Shown here one piece after another: positions 1-12,000 of a stretch of DNA of 64,000 nucleotides. Source of the DNA: Squalus acanthias (Eukaryota). A program made the position numbers and the translations under genes. The number at the start of each line of letters is the position of its first letter. Within the stretch, counting starts at the first letter, position 1. The notes under the pieces were generated by a model. The model saw only the letters and a program-made list of their open reading frames with translations. It was not told where the DNA came from and did no database searches. The DNA lies in assembly GCA_030390025.1 (NCBI GenBank), contig CM059449.1, positions 2,294,001-2,358,000 of the forward strand, read 5' to 3'.

Positions 1-379
1 AAAGTTTTAGGCAGAGTCCCTTCATCTGACAGTGGTGTAAAATCTCACGCTCCAAATGCTGTCCGTTACATACTGACAGACATAGTTCCAGAGGTATGGG
101 GCATCTCCAAACATGACCGCTGCCTTGGCAGTCATGATGCTTGCTTCACTGAAGCACTCTCCTCCTCCAACCTCCCCCAGTTCAGAAAAGCAATTCAGAG
201 CTGGTGCTCTTCTCCTTCCCTCTCAGTTCACACTGGCACTCCCTCCCGTTCCCACTTGATGCTGGGGCAGCATTCTCCCTGCCCACTGCCAATTTGTGCT
301 GGCACTTTGCTCCCTCACTTGCATTTTATTCAGTTTTGCTGTGGAGATAAAACAAAATCGGGACCGTTCCCTTTATAAC

Positions 380-600
380 AACAGAAAACGCTGGAAAAAC
401 TCAGCAGGCCAGGCAGCATCCGTGGAGAGAGAAAGAGAGTTAACGTTTCAGGTCGATGACCTTTCATCAGAACTGGGAAGAGCCGGAAATCAAATAGATT
501 TAAGGCCAGGGTAAAGCTGGGAAAAGGGGGAGGGGATAAAGGAACAAAGGGGGAGATGAAGAGACATTAAGAGACATTAAAAGATATGCAAGGCTAGAGG
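380..600 (-). mobile_element. Penelope-like element pseudo-LTR fragment with hammerhead motif
   Basis: Same family as 37955-38350, which adjoins a GIY-YIG ORF. Confidence 0.7.
438..474 (-). ncRNA. Minimal type I hammerhead ribozyme (Penelope-associated)
   Basis: Minus strand reads AGTT-CTGATGA-A-AGGTC-ATC-GACCT-GAAA-CG-T-T-AACT: intact core, 5-bp stem II, 4-bp stem I, palindromic stem III. Confidence 0.7.
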
Positions 601-2985
601 TGGTGTTAATGTGACAGATTAAGGCTGAATGAAGTGTGAAATCCACTGGCAGAATGAAGGACAGCTGCCAGCTTCTAGGAGGAAAAAAAAGGTGGGGGGG
701 GACAAATAAATGGGTGTATACTTTAGTGGATACTTTAGAAAGTGCTCAATAGCCGATGCCGCGGAGCTGCGTTAGTGAAAGCTGTTCTGTTTGTTTAAAG
801 GTTTTACAGTAACAAGAACTCAGCTGTTGCTGTATCAATAGAAGGAATCCCAGGAATTTCTGTTCTTGTAAAACTCGTCTGTGTCCATAGATGGCGCTGC
901 TGCACAGTTTCTCTAAACAGAGCCACTTAACGGAGATATTGGCCCGGGTTTTGCTGTACTGATAACGGTGAGGCTGTCGGTGCTCACCGTTATTACAGGG
1001 TAAAACTGACAGCAACCTCTAGCTTCCGCACATGCGCAGTTAAACGCAGAAATCCGGAAATTGCTGTCAGTGATACCCTGCTCCTCCACAGGCTGCGCTG
1101 TTGCAGTCTTCGCCAATGGAATCTGCACAGAGATCACTGTAATGGTGTGAACTTAGGCTAATTACCCATTATTCTCACTCTAAAGACAGATGAAAAAGTT
1201 AGGGCTTATACAATCAGGAGTATCTGAGTTTTTAACAGCATAATAAGTGATAATTACAGCTGAAGAACCTCTCTGGCCCTGAAAACTTAATTTTACAGGT
1301 GTACAGTCTCATTCCCTCAAGAAAATCAATGGTGCAGATTTTTTTTAAAGTTTAAAAAAAAATAGTTTTACTGTTTTTCTCTTATGTCTCTCCCTTAAAC
1401 CCGTGTGTATGTTCCAATCTTTATTTCGTTCCTGTACAATGATTTGAATGTAATTTATATTTCCTGTTTCTTTCTTCCTGCTTTGCAGTCTGCTTGCCTC
1501 AGTGAGGATTCTTCAATCTGATTGGTTGAAGAGCCTCCCTGCTGCTTGCGCTGCTCACAGATACCATAGATCCCCAGTAGAGTGCACCGCACTGGATCAG
1601 ACACCCGTCGACAGGAAATCTCTGCTGACCAGCCCGCGAAGTGTCTCTGGGCAACTGTACATGAGGTGAACAGTGAAAGCCTTTCCTTTGCTGCTCAGCA
1701 AAATCCGGGCCAATGAGAATAAAACGGACAGAAATTCTTGGGAACAAAAGGCTAAAAAACTGTAAATCTGAAACATCTGGAAACACTCACCAGGTCAGGC
1801 AACATCTGTGGAGGGAATGGAGAAACTCCTTTGTGAAGAAACGTTCAAACCTGAAGCATCAGCTCCTCTATTCTCTCCACACAAGCTGCCTCATCTGTTT
1901 CCAGGATATTTTTTATTTGTTTGAGAGTTTGGCTTCATTCATAAATTGGACAACCCGCTCACATGATGAAGTGTGCTTTTCCTCATTGTCCTGCAGTGAA
2001 ATATGGTACAAATCTACAGAAAACACAGGGTGCTGTTCAATTCAAGATCTTGGGCTTCAGCTGGCCCGAGACAAAAATAGCTCGGTTGGATTGAACAGGT
2101 AGAAGACTTTAAATATTTCCCTCTGTCACATAGAAAATTACAAACCAGAATCCAGGTCGGCAGTGCCATTCAGCTCACTGAGCCTGCTCCACCATTTTGT
2201 TAGCAATAATATCTTTTTAAACTCCATTTCCCCTGTTTCTCCATATCTTGCCATACTCACTAGGTAAGTAACTATCTGCCTTTTAAACACCTCACCTAAT
2301 TCTGTGGTTATGTCCTTCTGGAACACTATATTCCTCATTCTAGCACCCTTTGTGTGAATTTTTCCCCATTGACTTGCTTTTAATTGTTTATTTCTATTGT
2401 AAGATTGTCCTTTATTTTAGAATCCCCAGCAGTCAGAAACTCATCCCCTGTCTACCCCGTCATTCCCTTCATTATTTTAAACACGTTGATCAGATCATCC
2501 TCTAACTGTATCTCCAGAGAACAGATCCTGAATTCACCCAGTCTCTTATGATGACTCAGACCCTTCGTCCCACAGCTCACCCTGGTCAATCACCACTGTA
2601 CTTTCTCCAAGGCCAGTGTCTCCTTCCTATTGTTCCTATAGTCATTCATTTATTACTCCGATCAGTGAGCAGCACTGATTACTTGATAGATCCCCACACA
2701 TTTCTGCAACACACTGAAATAAAACATCAGAGTCACGCTGTTATTTTAATGAAAACTTACTCGCCGCCCAGACAGGTTTGAATGAAGAGAGTTCTTCAGC
2801 CTGTTCTCTTTATCTTTCTGGAATATCAGCCCTGCCTTCTTCCTGTTGCAGCATCCAGCTGTTTCTTCCTTTCACATCAAGATATGAGAATTATTGTCAG
2901 TGATATGAAAAGGGTGTTAATAATGCAGCATGAAAACAATGGGTGACTAATCCAGGTAACTCTGATCTAATTTACAGGGTCCACA

Positions 2986-3043
2986 ATGGAGAATCGCTTA
3001 CTGGCGTCATTCCTATTGTTACAGATTCAGATTACAGCAGCAG
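2986..3043 (+). CDS. BTN-like gene 1, signal peptide exon ([19 protein letters not shown])
   Basis: Acceptor tttacag ends 2977; ATG in ACAATGG context; hydrophobic core; donor CAG|gtaag. Conserved in gene 2. Confidence 0.88.
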
Positions 3044-6000
3044 GTAAGAGACTGGATTAAAGGCATGAAGTCTGGATTATCTGTATAATGTGTGCTGTGA
3101 CAGTATTTAAATGCTATTCATTCTTCAGTTACAGGAGACTTCGAAGTGACCGGTGCAGACAGCCCAGTTCTAGGGACCGTGGGTAGTAGCGTCACGCTGA
3201 ACTGTCGGGTCACACCGAGCTTTGACCTTCTGAGTATGGAACTGGAATGGTTAAAAGCAGATACCCGAGAAACTGTAGTTTTAGTTATAAATGGACGCAA
3301 TCGTGCAAAGTCAAGCAACTACCATGGAAGGACTGAGCTCTTTATGGACAAATTGATTCAGGGAAATATCTCTGTCCATCTAAGCAATGTCCGTATCTCT
3401 GATGAGGGTAAATACAGATGCATCGTGAGCACCAGTTCCTGGGGACATGCAGGAGATGCAGAACTAACAGTAGCCGGTAGGTATTGATACAGAGAACTGA
3501 ATCTGTGAATATAATCACCAAAAATTATTCAGAAATTTACATCCCCGTGTAAAATGTCTGTTTAATTAATTTATAAACAGAGAATACCAACATTGATTCT
3601 TAACTGTTATTGCTGCTTCAGTTTGAGTACATGGAGTTAATGTTCCGTATTGTGATTGGATTGTGGAGGGAATGAAACCGTGCTCGATCCGTTCACTCTC
3701 ATTCTGAACAATCGGTCTCGGGAACACTGGGGATCTTCTACATCTCAATCTGTACAGTGCTCACTGTGGGTGTAGATTCACTGTAGAATGTGTCACTGGG
3801 ACTCTGCACGAACACTTTATCTCATGGCCTGAGATTCCCTCCTCCTGCTGTTCCCTCGATCACAAGACAATTATGGATGAGGAAGGCAGTTCGGGCCATT
3901 TTATTTTAACTAGAAAGACCCTAACTTCCCCATTGGACCTCCAATTGTTTCTTAAACCTCCATGACTCTGTCCAGAGTCCATTCCATGTGTTGATCACTC
4001 TTTGTTTGATGGTCTTGCTGTTACCAGTCTCACATTTACCTTTTACTAGTTTGAACCTGTGTTCACTTGTCCCACTCTCACAATTTAAAGTAATATTTCA
4101 GCTTTACCTTTTCCGTTCATTTAACTACCTATATCTACCTCGATAAGGTCACCTCTCAGAAGCCTCCTTTCCTGGTGCAAATCCCAGGTTTCTCCAGTCT
4201 TTTCCCGTCACTCAGACCCCTGACACTGGGGATGAGTCTGGTGGATCTTCTCCGATCTGCCTCCAGTGTTCAAATGTCTCCCTTTTTTCTCAATGGCCAG
4301 AACTGGACACAGTATTCAAGGTGGGCTCTGACCAGAGCACCGTGCAGTTTGATCGTGGCTTCCTCTGACTTGTAGTCTACTGTTTTTAGCCATTTAGTTT
4401 GGGAGGTTGGGGGAGAGAATGTTGCTCATTTTCCCTTGTGAATACTTCAAGGAAATGATAACTCGGAATATTTCCTATTTTGTGTTTGCCCCCAGTTCTG
4501 ATACTGTTTGAATCATTTATGGTTTTCACTGATTCTCTGACATTCCTGTCACTGCTGTAAGACTGAGGCTTATTTACTGTAATGTTTCACTTCAGCTGCT
4601 GTGCATTTTCCGAGACCTCTCCTGGCCCTTCTCATCACCTGCTGAACGTGTTCCTGCACATTCCTATATTCATCCCAGTGAACCCCTTCTCCTTTCTCCC
4701 AGCAGGATTTATAGCCATTTCTCCTCTTATTTCACTTCAATCTCTTTGTTAATCCATTGAGGGTCAAGTGTGTTTAGCCTGAGCTTCTGATTTCAGATCC
4801 TCACTGTGTTGGAGTCTGAGTCACCCACTGAGTCTGACTGTAACTCATTCATTCCCAGGACTGCAGAGCTGTCGAACTCCTGGCCTCCCTCAGCTTTCTC
4901 CTCCTACAATCTACGGCTTTTAAAAACTCAAGTGTGGCCTCCCCTGATCACAGCTTCATGATTTGCATCCTCTCCAGTCTGTTCTGTACCGTGGTGGAGG
5001 CCTCCTTCTGGGCCTTGGCCCTTCACACCCTTTTGGCAACAATATAAAAATGAGGCCTCCCAAAAAAAGCTTCAAATGATCTGGAGAAAGTAGAAAGAGA
5101 CAAATTCCAAACATTCACATTCTCCGTTATCTGCTGATGTCTCATGGGAGCAGTTTTCCAGCCTAAATATTGGGATTAACCAGGAAACATTGACACTTGT
5201 ACATTGAACCAGATGTGTAAATACCTTTTTAATACAGGAAAACTGGTTTTATAGAATAATAGAATCACACAGCACAGAAGGAGGCCATTCGGCCCATTGT
5301 GCCTGTGCCGGCTCTTTGAAAGTGCTATCCAATTAATCCCACTCCTCTACTCTTTCCCCCTAGCCCTGCAATCTTTTCCTTTTCAAGTATTTATCCAAAT
5401 CCATTTTGAAAGTTTCTATTGAATCTGCTTCCACCGCCCTTTCAGGCAGTGCATTCCAGAACATCATAACTCACTGTGTAAAAAAAGTTCTCCTCATTTC
5501 CCCTCTGTTATTTTGCCAATTATCTTTCTATCTGTGTCCTCTGGTAACTGACCCGCCAGCCAGTGCAAACAGTTTCTCCTGATTTACTCTAACAATACCC
5601 TTCATAATTTTGAACTCCTCAATCAAATCTCCCCATAACCATTTTTGGTCTAAGGAGAACAATCCCAGCTTCTCCAATCTCTCCAAATAACTGAAGTCCC
5701 TGATCCCTGGTGCCATTCTGGGAAATCTCCTCTGCACCCTCTCCAAGGCCTTGACATGTTTCCGAAAGTGTGATGCCCAGAATTGGCCACAATTTTCTAG
5801 CTGATGCCTAACCAGTGTTTTATAAAGGTTTAGCATAGCTTCCTTGCTTTTGTACTCTATGCCTCTAATTATAAAGCCAAGGGTCCCGTATGGTTTTTTA
5901 ACAGGCTTATCAGCTTGTCCTGCAACCCTCAAGGATTTGCGTATGTGAACCCCAGGTTTCTCTAATCCGGTACCCCCTTGAAAATTGTACCATTTTTTAA

Positions 6001-9000
6001 AAATTGCCTCTCCTCATTCATCCTTCCATAATGCATCACTTCACACATCTCTGTTTTAAATTGCACCTGCCATGTGACTGCCCATCTCACCAGTCTGTCG
6101 CTGTCCTCCTGAAGTCTTCTACTACCCTTCTCACTAGATTTCCGAGTTTTGTGTCCTCTCCAAACTTTGAAATTATGCCCTTTATACCCAAGTCCAGGTC
6201 ATTAATATAGTTCAAAAAGAGCAGTGGTCCCAACCCCGACCCCTGGGGGACATCACTGTATTCTTCCCTCCAGTCTCAAAAGCAACCGTTCACCACTACT
6301 GTCTGCTTTCCATTCCTTGGCCAATTTCATATCCATACAGCCCCTTCCCCTTTAATCCCATGAGCTTCAATTTTGCTAAGAAGTCTAACATGTGGTACTT
6401 TATCAAACGCCTTTTGAAATTCCATTTACACAGCATCAACTTCACTACCCTCATCAACCCTCTCCATCATTTCATCAAAGAACTTAATCAAGTTAGTCAG
6501 ATACGATTTGCCGGCTCTCATATTTTTCCAAGTGCCAAGTAATTGTGTCTCAAAGTTTCCCCACCACCGACGTTAGGCTGACTGGCCTGTAATTGCCAGG
6601 TTTTTCCTCTCCCCTTTTTTGAATGGGGTGAAACATCTGCAACCCTGCAGTCCTCGGGCACCTCTCCCATATCTAAGGAAGATTGGAAGATTGTGGCTAG
6701 AGCCTCCGCAATTTTCACCCTTCCCTCAGCAACTGAGGGTGCATCCCACCCGGACCGGGTGACTTTTCTACTTTGATCGCTGACAACCATTTATGAACTC
6801 TTTATTTATTTTTATCCTATCCAATATCGCTATTGCCTCCTCCTTTACTGCGACATTGGCAGCATCCTCCTCTCCAGTGAAGACAGATGCAAAGTACTCA
6901 TTTAGTAGCTCAGCCATGCCCTCTGCCTCCACAGGAAGATCTCCTTTTTGGTCCCTAATTGGCCCCACCCTTCTCTTGACTACCCTTTTTATAAAAGACT
7001 TCAGTGTTCTCTTTTCTATTATCTGCTAATCTATTCTCATACACTCTCTTTGCCCCTCTTATTTCCTTTTTCAGTTCTCCTCTGCACTTTCTGCATTCGG
7101 CTTGGTTCTCTACTGTATTAAGAACCTGACATTTATCACAAGCCTCCTGTTACTGTTTCAGTTTAACCTCAATATCTTTAGACATCCAGCAAGCTGTAGC
7201 TTTGGATGCCCTTGCGTTCGCCCTGATAAGAATGTGTCCAGTCTGTACCTGAACTAGCTCCTCCTTGAAGGCCTCCCACTGCTCATTTACTGTTTTACCT
7301 GCCATTCGTTGTCTCCAATCCACCTTGGCCAGACCCCTTTTCAGCTGACTGAAATGAACCCTCTTCCAGTTGGATATCTTCACTTTTGATTGTTCCTTGT
7401 CTCTTTCCCATTCTCAACCTAATCATATTGTTTCCATTACTGTAATTGGAACTGAATTGGTTCCAGTCACACACATCAGAATCTGAAATATAAATTTGTT
7501 AATATGCACAAATTAATGTTTCTGCCAGTGAGCATGTATTTGTAGTTTATTTTGAAAGTAAATGGATTATTACACTGAAATAAACATTATTTTCTCTGGT
7601 AAACCTTAACATTCTGTTCAGCGAAGAGCTGAGTGAATCTGTCTGGATATGGTAGCCTGGTGTTTATGTACCGTTATGCAATCCGTTCCAGAACAAAACC
7701 CTGTTAAAAGCCTCTCCTGAACCATCCTTTTCAATAATTACACACTGCATGGACCGTATTTATCCAATAGATGTCTTGGTAGAATAAAATAATATGCAGC
7801 TTATTTTCCATATTTGTAGTGTCTGGGAGTCAACCTGAGATCCATGTTGAAGGATTCCATGAGCGAGGAGGGAGTCTTGTGTGTAAATCCAGTGGATGGT
7901 ACCCGGCCCCTGAGGTATCCTGGAGATACACAGATGGACAGAACATTTCTGCACTGTCTAAAACCCTGAATACTACAGAGTCCAGTGGAGCTGTCAATGT
8001 CGAAAGTCACATCAACATCACAAAGGATCTTGGGGAAAGCTACTCCTGTCTGATAAGGAACAGATTGCTCTTCGAGGAAAGAGAAGGGATTATTGAGATA
8101 GCAGGTCAGTGACGAGCCCTCCTCAACAGAGGGTTTATGAAATATTCACATGAACACATTCATCAGGCTGATAGATTTATTGTTTGACATGTCAATGGTA
8201 TCTTAGTTCTACAACAAATAAGTTTGTTTATTTACAGATGAGTTTTTCCCTCAGGAGATGGGAGTTTCAGGATGGAGTGTGGCTTTCTGGATACTCACGG
8301 TTCTCACTGCTATTCTAATAATTGCCGCAGTTCTCTACTGGTTAGAACAATGGAACGGTGTTTTCTATACATGGAAAGAATTGAAAGGTAACATCTTACA
8401 AAAAATGTTTAAAATCTTGAATTGTGAAAACACTGAAATATACAGAAAATCATTTTTTCTTATAATTGTCCAGAATAAGAGGATCCATAGAAACATAGAA
8501 GATAGGAGCAGGAGTAGGCCATTCGGCCCCTCGAGCCTGCTCCGCCATTCAATGAGATCATGGCTGATCATCCAAACTCAGTACCCTGTCCCTGCCTTCT
8601 CCCCATATCCTTGATCCCTTTAGCCTTAAGAAATATATCTATCTCCTTCTTGAATATATTTAATGAATTGGCCTCAACTGCCTTCTGTGGTAGAGAATTC
8701 CACAGGTTCACCACTCTCTGGGTGAAGAAATTCCTCCTCATCTCTGTCCTAAATGGCTTACCCCTTATCTTTAGACTGTGACCTCTTGTTCTGGACTCAC
8801 CCGCCATCGGGAACATCCTTCCTGCATCCAGTCTGTCTAGCCCTGTTAGAATTTTATAAGTTTCAATGAGATCTCCTCTCATTCTTCTAAACTCCAGCGA
8901 GTATAAGCCCAATTGACCCAATCTCTCCTCATACGTCATTCCTGCCATCCCAGGTATCAGTCTGATGAATCTTCGCTGCACACCCTTCATGGAAAGAACA

Positions 9001-12000
9001 TCCTTCCTCAGATAAGGCGACCAAAACTGCACACAATACTCAAGGTGTGGTCTCACCAAGGCCCTGTACAGCTGCAGCAAGACATCCTTGTTCCTGTACT
9101 CAAACCCTCTCGCTACGAAGGCCAACATACCATTTGCCTTCTTAACCGCCTGCTGTACCTGCATGCTTAGCTTCAGCGACTGGTGCACAAGGACACCCAG
9201 ATCTCGTTGCACTTCCCCTTCTCCCAATCTATCGCAGTAACAGTGATTTAATATCACTGCGTTCCATTTCACTAAAGTACATCACAGTACAAACCATCGC
9301 TTACTGATCCGGGATTGGGAAAGCCTGCATTTGGCTGCAGAACTCTGAATTGCTGTTCCATATTCCAGTGGAGTTTCACAGTCTCTCTGTGCTGGATACC
9401 TCCAGCTCTACCTGCTTCACGCCACCTAACACACAGGAAAAAATCCTTACATGTGAACTTACAACAGGTTACATTTTAGATACACGTTTTCCATCATTTT
9501 GAAAAACTGATGCTTGCTGCACTAGAAATGCTACAAACAGAAACAGCCCTGAAATTGCTGTCAGTGACATTAGGAGGAATGGTTAACTGTGTCGTATGTA
9601 ATTCCTTCGTTTGCTATTTCAATTAAATTGAAACATATTTATTTAAGACTACTCATTCTCCTGCGGGCATTCCACATGTGAAGTCAAAACCAAAAGAAAT
9701 CTTCAGCAGGAGCGGGATTGGAGTGTGTCGGGGGGGGGTGGGGGTGGTGGCTGGGAGGGGATCGTGTAGTAAGTAATCAAACCAGGTCTTGTAGATTAAT
9801 CATAGAATGGTTACAGCACAGAAGGAGGCCATTCGGCCCGTCAAGCCCATGCTGGCTCTCTGCAAGAGCACTTCAGCTAGTCCCACTCCCCCCCTCTTTC
9901 CCCGTAGCCCTGCAATTTTTTTTCCTTCAGGTACTTATCCAACTCCCTTATGAAAGCCATGATTGAATCTGCCTCCACCACCCTTTCAGGCAGTGCATTC
10001 CAGATCATAATCAGTCGCTGTGCAAAAAAGGTTTTTCCTCATGTCGCCTTTGGTTCTTTTGCTAATCACCTTAAAATTGTGCCCTCTGGTTATCGACCCT
10101 TTCGCCAATGGGAACAGTTTCTCTCTATCTGCTCTGTCTAGACCCCTCATGATTTTGAGCACCTCTATCAAATCTCCTCTCAACCTTCTCTGCTCTAAGG
10201 AGAACAACCCCAGCTTCTCTAATCTATCCACGTAACTGAAATCCCTCATCCCTGGAATCATTCTCGTAAATCATTTCTGCACCCTCTCGAAGGCCTTCAC
10301 ATCCTTCCTAAAGTGCGGTGCCCAGAATTGCAGACAATACTCCAGTTGAGGCCGAACCAGTGTTTTATAAGGTTCATCATAACTCCCTTGCTTTTGTACT
10401 CTATACCTCTATTTGTGAAGCTCAAGATCCCGTATGCTTTTTTTAACTGCTTTCTCAATCTGCCCTGCCACCTTCAATGATTTGTGCACATATACCCCCA
10501 GGTCTCTCCGTTCATGCACCCCCTTTAGGATTGTACCGTTTAGTTTATATTGCCTCTCCTCATTCTTCCTACCAAAATGTATCACTTCGCACTATTAGAA
10601 GCATAGAAGATAGGAGCAGGAGTAGGCCATTCGGCCCCTCGAGCCTGCTCCGCCATTTAATGAGATCATGGCTGATCATCCAAACTCAGTACCCTGTCCC
10701 TGCTTTCTCCCCATATCCCTTGATCCCTTTAGCCTTAAGAAATATATCTATCTCCTTCTTGAATATATTTAATGAATTGGCCTCAACTGCCTTCTGTGGT
10801 AGAGAATTCCACAGGTTCACCACTCTCTGGGTGAAGAAATTCCTCCTCATCTCAGTCCTAAATGGCTTACCCCTTATCCTTAGACTGTGACCCCCCGCCA
10901 TCGCGAACATCCTTCCTGCATCTAGTCTGTCTTGTCCTGTTAGAATTTTATAAGTTTCAATGAGATCCCCTCTCATTCTTCTAAACTCTAGCGAATATAA
11001 GCCTAATTGACCCAATCTCTCTTCATACATCATTCCTGCCATCCCAGGTATCAGTCTGGTAAATCTTCGCTGCACTCCCTCCATGGCAAGAACATCCTTC
11101 CTCAGATAAGGCGACCAAAACTGCACACAATACTCAAGGTGTGGTCTCACCAAGGCCTTGTACAACTGCAGCAAGACATCCTTGCTCCTGTACTTTCCTG
11201 TGTTAAATTTCATCTGCCACGTGTCCGCCCATTCCACCAGCCTGTCTATATCTTCCTGAAGTCTATCACTATCCTCTACTATTCACTCTCTGTTTCTTGT
11301 CACTTAGCCAATTTTGTATCCATGCTGCCACTGTCTCTTTTATTCCATGGGCTTCAATGTTTTTGGCAAGCCTATTCTGTGGCTCTTTGTCAAACGCCTT
11401 TTGGAAGTCCATGTGCACCACATCCAACCGCATTGCCCTCACCGACACACTCTGATACCTCATCAAAAAACTCGATCAAGTTAGTTAAAATTATTTGCCT
11501 TTAACAAATCTGTGCTGGCTTTCCTTAATTAATTCACAGTTGTCTAAATGACTGTTAACTTTGTTCCTGATTATCGTTTCTAAAAGGTTCCCCACTACCG
11601 AGGTTAAACTGACTGGCCTGTAGTTGCTGGGTTTTTCCTTACACCCTTTTTTTGAACATGGGTGTAACATTTACAATTCTGCAGTCCTCCGGCACCACCC
11701 CCGTATCTAAGGAGATTTGGAAGATTATGGCCAGTAGCTCCGCGATTTCCTCCTCAACGTCCCTCAGCACCCTAGGATGCATCCCCTCCGGTCCTGGTGA
11801 CTTACCAACTTTAAGTACAGACAGCCTTTCTAGTACCTCCTCTATCAATTTTTATCTCATCCAGTATCTCCACGACCTCCTCTTTCACTATGACTTTGGC
11901 AGCATCTTCTTCCTTGGTGAAGACAGTTGCAAAGTACTCATTTACTACCTCAGCCATGCCCTCTGCCTCCATGCGTAGGTCTCCTTTTTGGTCCCTAATC

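Noticed and set aside
1-35. Hammerhead-like motif at the window start (and near 1835-1865)
   Set aside because: The core is degenerate (CAGATGA, TAAA) and the stems are broken.
2950-2977. ccag|gtaac donor just before the signal exon acceptor
   Set aside because: It would define a 22-nt intron, which is too short to splice.
8359-8386. Possible ITIM (VFYTWK) after the TM segment
   Set aside because: Position Y+3 is Lys, not I/V/L.
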